Part shown: positions 1 through 12,200 of the stretch, piece by piece | Layout: each line of letters starts with the position of its first letter | Position numbering within the stretch: position 1 is the stretch's first letter | Source: Octopus sinensis | Taxonomy: Eukaryota | Length of the DNA: 64,000 nt | Direction: 5' to 3' | NCBI RefSeq assembly: GCF_006345805.1 | Contig: NC_043004.1 | Location: 87,296,001 to 87,360,000 of the forward strand | The notes under the pieces: model-generated | The model's database searches: none | What the model saw: only the letters and a program-made list of their open reading frames with translations | Told to the model about the DNA's origin: nothing | Made by a program: the position numbers and the translations under genes

Positions 1-640
1 GATGTGGCAGTCAATATGTAGCTGGATGATGCAGGAGTTGAGCCACCAACTTCATCAATAACCTCAAACAAAGACATCAGCTTGAAGACTGTATTAGATG
101 TAGAAGCAGTATTTGTGGATTGAGACATCTTGGTTTGATCAAAACAACAGCTAAGATGATGATGAATATTAACTCTTAATTTATTGTTACCATTTTTTTA
201 AAAGGAATTGTATTACTTTCTTTACCGTCATCATCATTGTAATGTCCACCCTTACATGCCTGCTCGATTCATATGGAATTCATTAAGGTATAGTTCTATA
301 GCTGGAGGCCCTTCTTGTTGCCAACTCTCACTTGTTTCCCATGAAGGTAATATGTCTCCATAGCTAGGCATGTTTTTCACAGAAGATTGTAAACAAACCA
401 TGCTTGTTTACAACCATCATATGATGTCGAGACAGGTCCCTCTCAAGGACTACTGGTGATGTGTAACCCAGTACAAGCTGTCGCATGGTCAGGCCCTTGG
501 CACCTTGGCAATTAAACCACTAACCCTACCAAACTTGCTTGGCAAGGAGGGTAATTTATTGGACATACTACAGGATAGAAAACAAAACTCGTCAAAGGAC
601 AGGAACTCAAGAGAGTCAACAATCCTCCAATATGTTAAGG

Positions 641-850
641 TGCATGGCCTACTAATTAGGGTGTTGTGCTCACAATCATAAGATAATGGTTTTGACTCAA
701 GGGTTGGCTGTGTGTTATGTTCTTGAGCAAAATACTTCAATTCATGTTGCTCTAATCCACTCAACTGTAAATGGATAACCTTGTGACAGATTGATGTAAA
801 AGGGTGAGATGGTGACTCTGGAAAATCACCTGAATGGAGGCCTTGCGAGT
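641..850 (+). mobile_element. Degenerate tRNA-derived SINE (family E)
   Basis: tRNA-like head followed by gtgttatgttcttgagcaaaatacttc...ccactcaactgt; related copies near 46480-46640 (-) and 51920-52170 (+). Boundaries approximate. Confidence 0.55.
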
Positions 851-1145
851 CACGTTTTGTATTCAGCAATTGAAAGAATGTATAGTGCAACACATACTGT
901 GAATCCTGACTGGTTGGGATTGGTTGTTCAACCACATCAAAGAAACACACAATAAGCTCGTTTCAGTAGCCACCTACCAATTTCTCTCAAAAGCTTTGGT
1001 CAGCCTGAGGCTAAAGTAGAAGACACTTGTTCAAGGTGCTGCACGATGGAACTGAACCAGAAAACCCATGCATGTACCTTCATAAATAAAATAAGAGTTG
1101 TTCATTTTGAAGTGTATTTCTTATACCAATGTTTTTTTATTTTAG

Positions 1146-1195
1146 CTTTGAAATACGTCCAGGAACTGAACCATCCAAATTTGAAGTTGCAGTTT
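1146..1195 (+). CDS. HYI: HYI internal exon (ALKYVQELNHPNLKLQF)
   Basis: tttag acceptor, gtaagt donor, 50 nt, phase 1 to 0. Confidence 0.88.
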
Positions 1196-4100
1196 GTAAG
1201 TTACTAGTTTTTTATTATTATTATTTTTTTTATTTATTTACTATTTTATATACTGAGTCTGGAGCAAAAGCTAGTGTCCATGATTTTTGCAGGCCTTCTG
1301 AAACCAGTGATCTTAGCTTGATGGCATTAATGCTTTGTTTAAACTAATACCTATCACCACCCGTAGGAAAGCCATTAGCAGGAAGAAGATTCCAGGGTGT
1401 TGATGTTTGGGGGAAGAAGGAATGGAATCGTGATGACAAGTTTCCAAGAAGTAGAGAGAGATAAGTGGATTAGGAGTGCCCGACCTTTAAGCCTTACAAC
1501 AATTGTCAGTTTGTTAATCCTGACAGGTGGTCATAGGTGGATGCCTTTACTGGAGTAGCGAACTCAACTCTTGCAAGCATTCGGATCATATCTCCATTCT
1601 GAGAGTTGATAGATCATTCTTGTTCATTCACCAGTCTTGAAGGCTCTGCAAAATGGGTCATAGGCACTGTCCTTTTTCACTGACAAACCCATAAAATAAT
1701 ACTTGGGGAAGATACTCCCCTTTTGACTAGTTTTTTTTTTTGTCTTTTATACTGATTTCAGACATTTGATTGTGGCCATGCTGGGGCACCACTTTGAAGG
1801 GTATAGCTGAACAAATTGACCCCAGTACTTATATTTTAACTCTGGTCACTTTTGCTAAATTACAGGAACCAACACAGCTTGTCAAGTGATGCTGTGGGAC
1901 ATACACAAACACACACAAGTTTCCTCACAGTTTCTACCTACCAAATTCACTCACAAGGCATTGGTTAGCCTCGATTTATAGTAGAAGGTACTTACCCATG
2001 GCACTGAACCCAAAACCAAAATCACATGGCTGCTAAGTGAGCTTCTTAATCACATAACCATACCTTATATCTGTGTGTGTGTGTGTTGATGTTGTGCCTC
2101 TTTATACCCTTTAACTTAGCAATTCAACAAAGAGACATCAATAAATTAAGCACCAAACTGAAATAACTTGAACCATCCAACCCATACTCATTTACTTGTT
2201 TGTCATTTGACTGTGGCCATGCTGGAGCACCACCTTTAGTCGAGCAAATTGACCCCAGGACTTATTCTTTGTAAGCCTAGTACTTATTCTATCAGTCTCT
2301 TTTGCTGAACTGCTAAGTTACGGGGACATAAACACACCAGCATCAGTTGTCAAACGATGTTGGGGAGACAAACACAGACACACATACATATATACGACGG
2401 GCTTCTTTCAGTTTCCATCTACCAAATCCACTCACAAGGCTTTGGTCAGCCCGAGGCTATAGTAGAAGACACTTGTCCAAGGTGCCACGCAGTGGGACTG
2501 AACCCGGAACCATGTGGTTGGTAAGCAAGCTACTTACTACACAGCCATTCCTGCGCCTTTTACAGGCACTGGCAATGACTACGATTTCACTTAACTCGAC
2601 ATGTATTCTGAAGCACAGTAAATTGCCAGAAGTCTCGGTCATTTGTCATTACCTCCGTAAGGCTCAACGACCTAAGATCACATGTCACCACCTCATCCCA
2701 TATCTTCCTGAGTCTACCCCTTCCACAGGTTCCCTCATAAAATAAAGTCAAAATAGGAGATTGGAAAATTTTTGGTATTCGTTATTCACCATTACACATG
2801 TTTCATTTGCTAATAGGAGATATCTTAAATGTTTTCTACATGTACAGGTTTGTAACTCCTATTAGCAAGTGAAACATGTGTAATGGTGAATAAACAACAA
2901 AAAAGTTTCCACTCTCCAGTTTTGATATTATTAGTCAGCAGAAAATATTTTCCAGCATTTTCAATCAACTCTTATACATACCCCAAGTATAACATCTACA
3001 TATGGATTTGGTACACTGAAATAAGCAGATGTGCTTCCAGAGGAGACATCTTGGATTTTAAGTCTATCAATATAAAACAAAGTCAAGATAGCATGAAAGT
3101 TTTACTCCAACGGTAATAGGTTTGTCTCAACTATTCCTCTGTATATCATGGATTTTACAGCTAACGGTTTTTATTGATTCCTCAGCAAAATGTCAAGAAA
3201 TGTCAATTCATCAGACAGAAAAATTCTCAATTTAACTTGCTGAAAGAAGTTACTGAGGAGTAAAGAAATGGAGGAGGTGGTGGGTAGAACCTCTTGACTT
3301 TTTTAACCATATAAAATGAAAGAACATTCAGAAGTCAACATTAAGTTTTTAGGCGCAGGAGTGGCTGTGTGGTAAGTAGCTTGCTAACCAACCACATGGT
3401 TCCGGGTTCAGTCCCACTGCGTGGCATCTTGGGCAAGTGTCTTCTGCTATAGCCCCAGGCCGACCAATGCCTTGTGAGTGGATTTGGTAGACGGAAACTG
3501 AAAGAAGCCTGTCGTATATATGTATATATATATATATATGTATGTGTGTTTGTCCTCCCTAGCACTGCTTGACAACCGATGCTGGTGTGTTTACGTCCCC
3601 GTCACTTAGCGGTTCGGCAAAAGTGACTGATAGAATAAGTACTGGGCTTACAAAGAATAAGTCCCAGGGTCGATTTGCTCGACTAAAGGCGGTGCTCCAG
3701 CATGGCCGCAGTCAAATGACTGAAACAAGTAAAAGAGAAAAGAGTAAAGAGAGAGAAATGTAATGAATTTTCCTGTTAGTAAATCGGAGCAAAATCCATC
3801 AGCTCTTCCTCACTTTCCCTCATAGTTACTCATTTTATCTCAGTGACTTTACCTTCTCCAAATAGAGATCTACTTTTTTGTGTGTATGTGTGTGTGTGTG
3901 TAAAATCACTTCTCGTAAAACCTTGAACTTACGAACTTCAGAGGATTTCTTCTCACTCTGTACGCACACACGCATTGCAGAATTCACAGTTTCTACTGTT
4001 GTTTGATTATGTCTGCCTTGATATAGCATAGAAAGATTCAAAGACATTCCAGCTATGACCATCCTGTCTTTTTTGTAGAGTGGGTGGGTTATATCTAGGA

Positions 4101-7100
4101 CTATATTATCTATTGTGTATCCTTCCTGTTTCCAACTCTCTTGACTGAGTTACTTTTGGTCCATTAGAATAAGTCGTCTTTTTTAGTAAAGAAGTATTTC
4201 AACTCTGAAACACTCCCATAGCCTTTTTTTTTTCCTTTCTTTCTTTCTCTCTCCCTTGTTTCAATATCAAAATACATCAAGTGTGGACTACCTTAGTCAA
4301 AATTGGGAATGACTTATTCACAATCTAAACTCAATGCAGAAGAAGTTCATCTTTATGACTAATGCTTTTTTTTTTTATTTTATTAAAAAATTTTTTTTTA
4401 CTGAACCTGATCAATCCCCTTTTCCATAGGCATGGCTGTGTGGTTAAGAAGCTTGCTTTACAACCATATAAAGCTTCAGGTTCAATCCCACTGCATAACA
4501 TCTTGGGATAAGTGTTATCTACTATAACCCCAGGTTGCTTAATGCCTTGTCAATGAATTTGGTTAAAGAAACCGTGTGGAAGCCCATCATGTACATTATA
4601 CATATAGATAGATGGATGTGTGTTTGTCTCCGCCAACACCATCACTTGATAGATGGTGTTGGTTTGTTTACATCCCCATAATTTAGTGGTTCAGTAAGTG
4701 ATCTACAAGACTTACTTTGGTTTCACCAATTAGCTCAGAGAGTCTCTCCAGGTCGAGTACTGCTTCGCATTGAGAGGTCACAGCTTTGGTACTGTGGACG
4801 TGGTTAGAATGTCACAGGAAAGGATCTCAAGATAAAACTTCTTCAAGCCAAGCCAGCAGGAGACCTAGAGAGAAACCAAAAATGGGACGCCTCTGATGAG
4901 AACCCAATAAGGTTCAAAAATCGATTAAGGTTATTCATCATTTTTTTCAGTCTGCAGAGAAATGGCTAAAATTTTCCGTTTGTTATACCATGTTACATTA
5001 TTGGATAATATCGATAATCTCAGTTGGTTATACTTGGGAATCCAGCAGGAATGTGTAATGATGGTTGCTTCTGATAGGACTGTGGAGGAGGTATCTGAGA
5101 ATTCTACCCACAAAACTTTTCTAGGAATAGCAGGCAGAGAAAATGGGTGGTAGAAGAAATCAGTTTAGCATATCTGTTTTATCCCCTTTCTTACGCAATC
5201 CAGTAATTCATGCTTGCCAAGTAGACATGAACAAAATTTCATATTGAAATGTTGCTGTTTTTTTTCTTTTTAATTGTTTGAGAGATTTGTCATTTTCAGT
5301 TAAATAGATGGCTAAAACAAAAATAACACCTTTTGCTTTATTTTTGAAGGATTTCTTCCATGTCCAGATTATGGATGGAAATCTTACAGCCAACTTCAAA
5401 GACTTCCTGCCTTACATAGGTAATTACACAATTTTTTTGTTCATGTTTTTATAAAGAATTTTATTGATTTTTTAAAAAGCACCCAGTACACTCTAAAGTG
5501 GTTGGTGTCAGGTAGGGCATCCAGCCATAGAAACTATGCTAAAGCAGACAGTGGAACCTGGTATAGTTCCCAAGATTGCCAATTCCTGTCAAACTGCCCA
5601 GCCCATGCCAGCATGGAAAACATTAATTGATGATAATGACGACTCAGCAAGAGTTGGAGCAGTGGAGTCCACGGTTGAGTCATTATTCACAGTTGATAAA
5701 TGTTTCACTTGAATAGTTTATAGGGGCAGGCATGACTTACCAACCACATGGTTGCAGGTTCAGTCCCACTGTATGGAACCTTGGGCAAGTGTCTTCTATT
5801 ATAGTCCAGAACCCACTATAGCCTTGTGAATGGATATAGATGGAAACTAAAAGAAGCCTATTGCATGTATACATATGCACACACACTTCTCTTCTTCTTA
5901 CAGCATTCACCCGGGGTGGGTTGAGCTGGCTTCATTCATCCTCAATGCTGCATCTCTCACAAACGCCGACCAGGCCTGGTGTTTTGATGCTAACGACCGC
6001 GTGATCTCCAACCACTCCTTATTCCAGCGGCGAAGGCCGTAGACATGGGGGCCTAGGTTGGGTTCCAGATCAGCCTTGACTGTCGTCACACACACACAGT
6101 GGACTGTTGGCTCTGTTCAAAACTGAAAAGGAAATAGGTTGTTCTGAAGTAAATTCAGCTTTATAATATAAATTTTGGCAAAGCTTTTAGGAAGTGGCCA
6201 TTTTGGGGACAAGAGATTTGGTCTGAAACATATTTACCAACTTATAAAACATTCACTGTTAATATAATTATTCACTATCAGTTGACTGCAATACAATGGC
6301 AGTTAGTGAACAGGTTACAAGGATGGGAAGAAGTTCATCATCATCATTTAATGTCCGCTTTCCATGCTGGCATGGGTTGGACGATTAGACTGAGGACTTG
6401 TGAGCCAGAAACTTCACCAAGCTCAATCTGATCTGGCAAAGTTTCTACAGCTGGATGCCCTTCCTAATGCCAACCACTCCAAGGGTGTAGTGAGTGCTTT
6501 TTACGTGCCACTGGTACGAGGACCAGTCAGGCGGTTCTGGCAACAACCATGCTCAAAAGGTGTTTTTTTGTGCTACCTGCACAGGAGCCAATCCAGCGGC
6601 ACTGGCAACGCTTGAATGTTGTTTTTTGAAAATGCGTTTATTAATCAAATAACATGATTATTAATATTAAAGATACTTAATTCTAAAAAAAAAACTTTTC
6701 TAAAAACTTAATTTTTTGCATGCCAAATCTGTTCTTTAGGATAAAATATATACTTAAACTAATAGCAAAAAGATGAACTGACATAATAGCTTTGAAGGAG
6801 CAGAGGAGAAAGACAATGGAAAGATCCATCTTGTTGATTGTTATCTGATATAGAACATAAAATGGGGCTTAAAATTGTTTATTAGTACTTAAAAACTTCA
6901 AGACACTTCAAAATTTGTTTTGAAGATATTTACAAATTTATACTTTTACAGGTCACATACAGATATCTCAAGTTCCTAACCGTGGTGAACCAAACACTGA
7001 TGGAGAAATCAACTACAATTATATTTTTAAGATGTTGCAATCCTCAAATTACGATGGTTACATTGGTCTTGAGTATAATCCTGTTGGTAAGTCATTAATT

Positions 7101-7735
7101 GATATTCTCTAATGAATGGTGACTGAAGAGTCAGCACCAGTGCTGCATTATATTCATAGCCTGGAAATTTAACAGTGGCCCAGCTTTTACGTTGGATTTT
7201 AGAGTTTGTAATCTAATTTTGAAGAAGGATTCTCCATAAGTCAGTGGGAGTAACAATTTGTGTGTGTATATGTATGTATAGATATCTGTATATTGCACTG
7301 TATTAGTTTTAATATAACAATCTCTATTTTATATGACAAGCAAAGAATAGAGATGTTTGCATCACATTTATTCCTAGGTAACTGCCTAGATTCCAAGATC
7401 CTCTTTCGTTCATTATATGCACACCTGTTATATATAAATAATCTCAAATGAATTATACTTGTCCTGTGCTTAAATTAATGTTGAAAATAATCAAGAATTT
7501 GGAAGGTTTTAATGTTTTTTCATTATTAAACCTTATGACACCAACCTGCTTGAAACTGGCCCTGGTTCTATGATGCTAACCTCCTGTTTTAAATGATCTT
7601 AATTTATGTTCCAATGCCAGCTTAATAGGGACAAAGTAGATAGGTTATTTATCAATTATTAAAGCTCTTGTTCTAATTTTAGGTAACACTCGTGATGGAC
7701 TCAGTTGGATTCAACAAATGGGACTGCAATTATAA
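1146..7735 (+). CDS. HYI: Hydroxypyruvate isomerase, 3' part: join(1146..1195,5350..5419,6952..7086,7683..7735); 5' exons lie upstream of the window
   Basis: Spliced translation ALKYVQELNHPNLKLQF-DFFHVQIMDGNLTANFKDFLPYIG-HIQISQVPNRGEPNTDGEINYNYIFKMLQSSNYDGYIGLEYNPVG-NTRDGLSWIQQMGLQL*. It matches the HYI C-terminal half as I recall it (human DIFHWQIMDGNLT...GHVQVAQVPGRGEP...GCEY.P.GDTVEGLSW). All introns GT-AG, phases consistent. Confidence 0.93.
2191..2557 (-). mobile_element. Full-length tRNA-derived SINE, family A (CORE-like ccttgggcaagt motif)
   Basis: Near-exact reverse complement of the copies at 3352, 32852 and 34683; A/B-box-like head ggcgcaggaatggctgtgtagtaag...ggttcagtccc. Confidence 0.9.
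3352..3755 (+). mobile_element. Full-length SINE, family A
   Basis: ggcgcaggagtggctgtgtggtaag head, central (TA)n, tail gactgaaacaagtaaaagag. Confidence 0.9.
4740..5150 (+). mobile_element. RTE-clade LINE relic (RT C-terminal region)
   Basis: Degraded LLRIERSQLWYCGRVVRMSQER motif; related to 56930-57350. Confidence 0.6.
5350..5419 (+). CDS. HYI: HYI internal exon (DFFHVQIMDGNLTANFKDFLPYI)
   Basis: gaag acceptor, gtaatt donor, 70 nt; conserved D.FH.QIMDGNLT motif. Confidence 0.93.
5886..6095 (-). mobile_element. 5'-truncated RTE LINE 3' end with short GAA-type tail
   Basis: ORF TTVKADLEPNLGPHVYGLRRWNKEWLEITRSLASKHQAWSAFVRDAALRMNEASSTHPG*, followed by taagaagaagagaag. Confidence 0.7.
6337..6615 (-). 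mobile_element. Family B retroposon with (GAT)n tail
   Basis: Reverse complement of the gaagggcatccagctgtagaaac...catgccagcatggaaagcggacattaaatgatgatg consensus. Confidence 0.8.
6952..7086 (+). CDS. HYI: HYI internal exon (GHIQISQVPNRGEP...GLEYNPV)
   Basis: ttttacag acceptor, gtaagt donor, 135 nt. Confidence 0.95.
7683..7735 (+). CDS. HYI: HYI last coding exon (GNTRDGLSWIQQMGLQL*)
   Basis: ttttag acceptor, TAA stop at 7733-7735. Confidence 0.9.
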
Positions 7736-9136
7736 GATACCATATATTTTCATATTAATTAACCAGAGGGCTCCTGATTAATATATGTACATTTTTTATT
7801 GATAATATATATTATCTGCATTTTAATAATTTAAAACAAAGATAATTGTATTGGTTTTGTTATACCTATAAGCTGAAAAGTTAAATATTAACTTTTGTAT
7901 TAAGAATATTTTTTACAAGACACTACAAAAGTATATTTTTATATTTGAGCTACTGAGATAAACATTTTATTTACACAACCAAAGATTATGTAGAACACAT
8001 TTCTTTAATGCTGTACCTTTTTATGGTTATAATGGGACGGTGTATCCATTTTTTTCTACTAAAAGTCTAAGCAGAAATGATTGGCTCAAAATGCATGAAG
8101 TATTTTGCCTCAAAGTTATATTCTGTAATTACTGAAGTAATATCAATTAAGGTTACCTCACATATCAAATAAATAAAATTCTAGAGAATATCAGTTTTGT
8201 TACCTTAAAAAACAAATCCTAGTTTAATAATATATCACTAAAATATGAATTCTATCACATGTGAAAGGCCTCAAAAAGAATATATTTTAAATTGAAGAAA
8301 AATGAAATTGTACCATTCAGTCAGAAATAAAATGTATGAAAGTAAACTGAAACAAATTGAAAATGTGGATTAGTTTTTTTATTTAACAGTAAAATGTACA
8401 AGTTTAATTTAGAATATGACATTGTGTGCAACCCAATACATCACATAGAAAACATTCTTTCGACTGCAAGAGACAGTAGACAAATTGCAAAGATTTTGTT
8501 TCACAATTTTAAGGACAGTATATATATATATTATATATAAGAACCAAGATTTTCGCTATTTTGTATATAAAACTGTCAAGCATATGCATTATATATACAC
8601 AATGCTTATGTGTCCTCAACAGTTAAAGTCAAAAAGATTATGAAGAAAATGGTTTGATTACAAGAGAAATAACCAAGTTTCAACCAGATCTATAAATGGT
8701 AACTATAGAGTATGGTGTTACAAGAGAGAAATCTAATTGCTAATTTGTTTGGATTATGTTTGTTGTTTAAAATAAAGCAATTAGAATTGAATCATTTTTT
8801 TTATGGATGTACATATGATTGAGTAGATCATCTTTTTCTAAAGATCAGAGAAGGATTAGAAAGATCTTTTATCTGAGGTGCTCTTCCAGGAGATGGTGTA
8901 CATATTATATTAAATAAGTTTTTGGAAGGATGCCCACATAAATAAGCATTAAAAAAAATTATGAAATGATTGCTAAATGTTTCTATGCAAGATTTACTTT
9001 ACTATTGTCAATATTGTTTAAAAATATTAGGTTTTGCTTGTTTTGTTCTTTTGTTAACAGAATAGATTTATACTTAGAAACTGGCTCCATTGTGCTCCAT
9101 TATAATAGGTATGAATATATATATATTTTTTATATA

Positions 9137-9260
9137 TTAGATGTTATCGTGCAACACACGGTTGAAATCATTGTATGCACTCTCCAGATCGAACAGCATT
9201 TGCCGCACTTGGTTATCATTGAGTTCCTCTGATGCATGCATTGCACTGAGGGTTGTCAAC
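9137..9260 (-). CDS. VPS28: VPS28 last coding exon ([40 protein letters not shown])
   Basis: ttgctag acceptor, TAA at 9139-9137. Confidence 0.96.
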
Positions 9261-12200
9261 CTAGCAAAACAAAACACAAATCAAAATATGAAGAAAAATA
9301 TTTATAGGAACAAATGTTAATCTTTTAACTTGTTAGACAGGCCATACTGGAACATCACCTCGACGGAATCAACTCCAGTACTTTTTTTAAAGCCTGGTAT
9401 TCTATTACTCTTTTTTTGTCAAACCGCTAAGTTGCAGGGATTTAAACACACCAACACCAGCTGTTAAGCAGTGGTGGGGGATAAAGTCAGATACATGCAA
9501 CAGGCTCTTTCAGTTTCCATCTATCAAATCCACTCACAAAGCTTTGGTTGACCTGAGGCTATAGTCAGAAGACACTTGCTCAAGGTGCCACACAGTGGGA
9601 TTGAACTGGAAACCATGTGGTTGAGAAGCAAGCTTCTTACCACACAGCCATGCCTGTGTCTATACAAGTTTTAATTCATTATATAATTTAGTCCTTTATG
9701 GTTTAATATTTGCAACAGTTAGGGAATATTTTAGGCTTAAAAACCATTTTTGCATTTTCGTTTTATCAGTTTGTAACAAAGTGTTTCTTAGTCAAAAGCC
9801 AGTTGTTTTTAATGAGAAATTTTAGTTATAATCAAAAAATTCCCATAAAATATGAATTGTATTACTACAATGCATTAAATGTTACAGATTATTCAGAAAA
9901 TATATAAACATCACTAATTGCTAACTAGAAAATATAATTAGTAACTGTCTGAAAATTGTTTTCACAAACCATTTTGATACTTTTTCTTTTCCTTCAAAGT
10001 CTTGAGGTAATAAACTTAGACGCGTCATAGTCTCCATTAATTCACGAAGGTCTGGTTGAATCTAAAATATAGAAATCATGTATAGAAACAGGATTTTAAT
10101 GTTATGGAAATGCTTTTCATCCTCAAAATAAAATTCTTAAAATCTCAGTCGAACATGAGGTAGCTTAAGTGTTATATAACATCTTTTTTTCTATGTTTGC
10201 ATGGATCAGATGAAATTTGTAGAGGCAGAATTCCTACAGCTTGATGCTCTTCCTATTGCAAACTCTTACTTGTATCCAGGCAAGATATTTCCCTATGACC
10301 AGACATAATTTTCATGGAAAACTGGAAACAACTTTGCTTGTATGATGATGAAGAAGCTGCTTTACAATTATCATGTCATGTCTAGACAAGGGTACATACA
10401 TATGTACACATACAACAGGCTTCTTTGTTTCCATCTACTAGATCGACTCATAAGGTTCTGGTCGGCCTGGGGGTATAGTAGAAGACATCTGCCCAAGGTG
10501 CCACACTGCTGCAAGGAATCCAAGACGAGGTTGCAAAACCATTCCTGCACCTATTAAATTATTTGCATCAAATACATTTGAAAACATTACTAAAATAAGC
10601 CTCTTACAACTGTTTGCAATATGGCTATGAGAGAGTGTTCTGCATATTATTATCCACTGCAGGGTTTCTTATGTTTAATATAGTGAGTTGATTAGCTGAG
10701 ATCATCGAAGCAATTAGTAGACAAAAACTCACCATAGAGATGTTTAAAATCGCAAAACACGTAAGGGAGATAATTCAAGATTAACTGACTAACAAAAAAG
10801 ATTCATAACAATTGATATTGTTTATATACTGTTCAAACATTCCGATCAAGTGATTTCATTGGAGTTATGTCCCCTGCTTGTTTTAGATTTTTTTTTTCTG
10901 ACCCATCCGAGAGTTTTTGACTTCGATAATCTGTTTTTAACAAATTATATTAGATTTACGAAACCCTGTTGTGTTCATATCTTCCATTCAAAGGGTCTTT
11001 TAATCCCAATAAATTACATATCATTACTTATACATGCAGTACTTATAGCCAAAAGGTGACAAGCTGGCACAATTGGTGGAACATTAGAAAAAATACTGTG
11101 GTATTTGTTCTGGCTCGTTACGTTTTGAGTTCCAAGATTTGCTGTCATCGACTAATCCCCTGCCCATAAAATTTCTGGCATTGTGTCTTAATTAGAAAAC
11201 ATAAGAGACACACAGAAGTCTGGTGCAGTCTTCTGCCTGAGCAGCTCCTAAATAGTCAAAACCATGCTACATTAAAATGAGTTATTCCCCTTGTGTATTT
11301 TCCGATGCAGTAGGACTAATCCCAGAACTGTGATTGGGAAACCAAGTCCTTAACCAAAAACCCAAACTTACACCTAATACTTTCTTTAATTCATAGCAAG
11401 ACCTAATATAGTTGCTAAGGAATATATAACACCCACTACACTCACGGAGTGGTTGGCGTTAGGAAGGATATCCAGCTGTAGAAACACTGCCAGATCAGAC
11501 TGGGCCTCCCAGACCCCAGTTGAACCGTCCAACCCATGCTAGCATGGAAAGCGGACGTTAAACGATGATGATGATATACTTGTAACATTTAAAACAAAAT
11601 AAGTTTAACCCTTTCAACCTGCAAGTATGCTTTAGGTGGGTATAATTTCATTTGACTGTATTCCTGGAAGATGCAAAAGTAGGCATCCTCGTGGTTTAGT
11701 TTGCAACTGAAAATAATGATGTTTCTACCAGTCAGTGAGTCATAAATACAAAACCATGTGGTCGTCCACCTTTGTGTCATCCAGATATATAAGTCAAATG
11801 AAATCATATTCACTAAAACATACTTGGAAGTTCAAAAGGTTAAATAAGAAATTAGAAGAATTGTGTTGAGAAATTCAAATTAAGAATTAATGCCAAAATT
11901 CGACTTGGAGGAAACTTTGCTAGTGAGCATTTTGTTCATTATATAATTATAGTTTTGTTAATTATAAAGTGAAATGGTTTTAAGGTTAAAGAAATTTGTC
12001 TTCACTGAATATAGATTTATATTTTAAATAGTTCATGCATGAGTTTTATGGTAATATTTGCTTACCTCATCCATAGCACGGATTTCCAATCTTAGTTTAT
12101 CCATAACTGTAATAAAAAGCTGAAAGGAAAAAAAAAGCAAGATATTACAACATCTTCCAGTCATAAACCAATATTAAGAGTGATTACTATTTAGAGCTCA

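Noticed and set aside
1-128. Minus-strand open frame MSQSTNTASTSNTVFKLMSLFEVIDEVGGSTPASSSYILTAT running off the left edge
   Set aside because: Only 42 codons visible, no recognisable homology; cannot be told from chance without upstream sequence
489-950. 153-aa ORF on the minus strand
   Set aside because: Overlaps a degenerate SINE in a HYI intron; no protein-like features or homology
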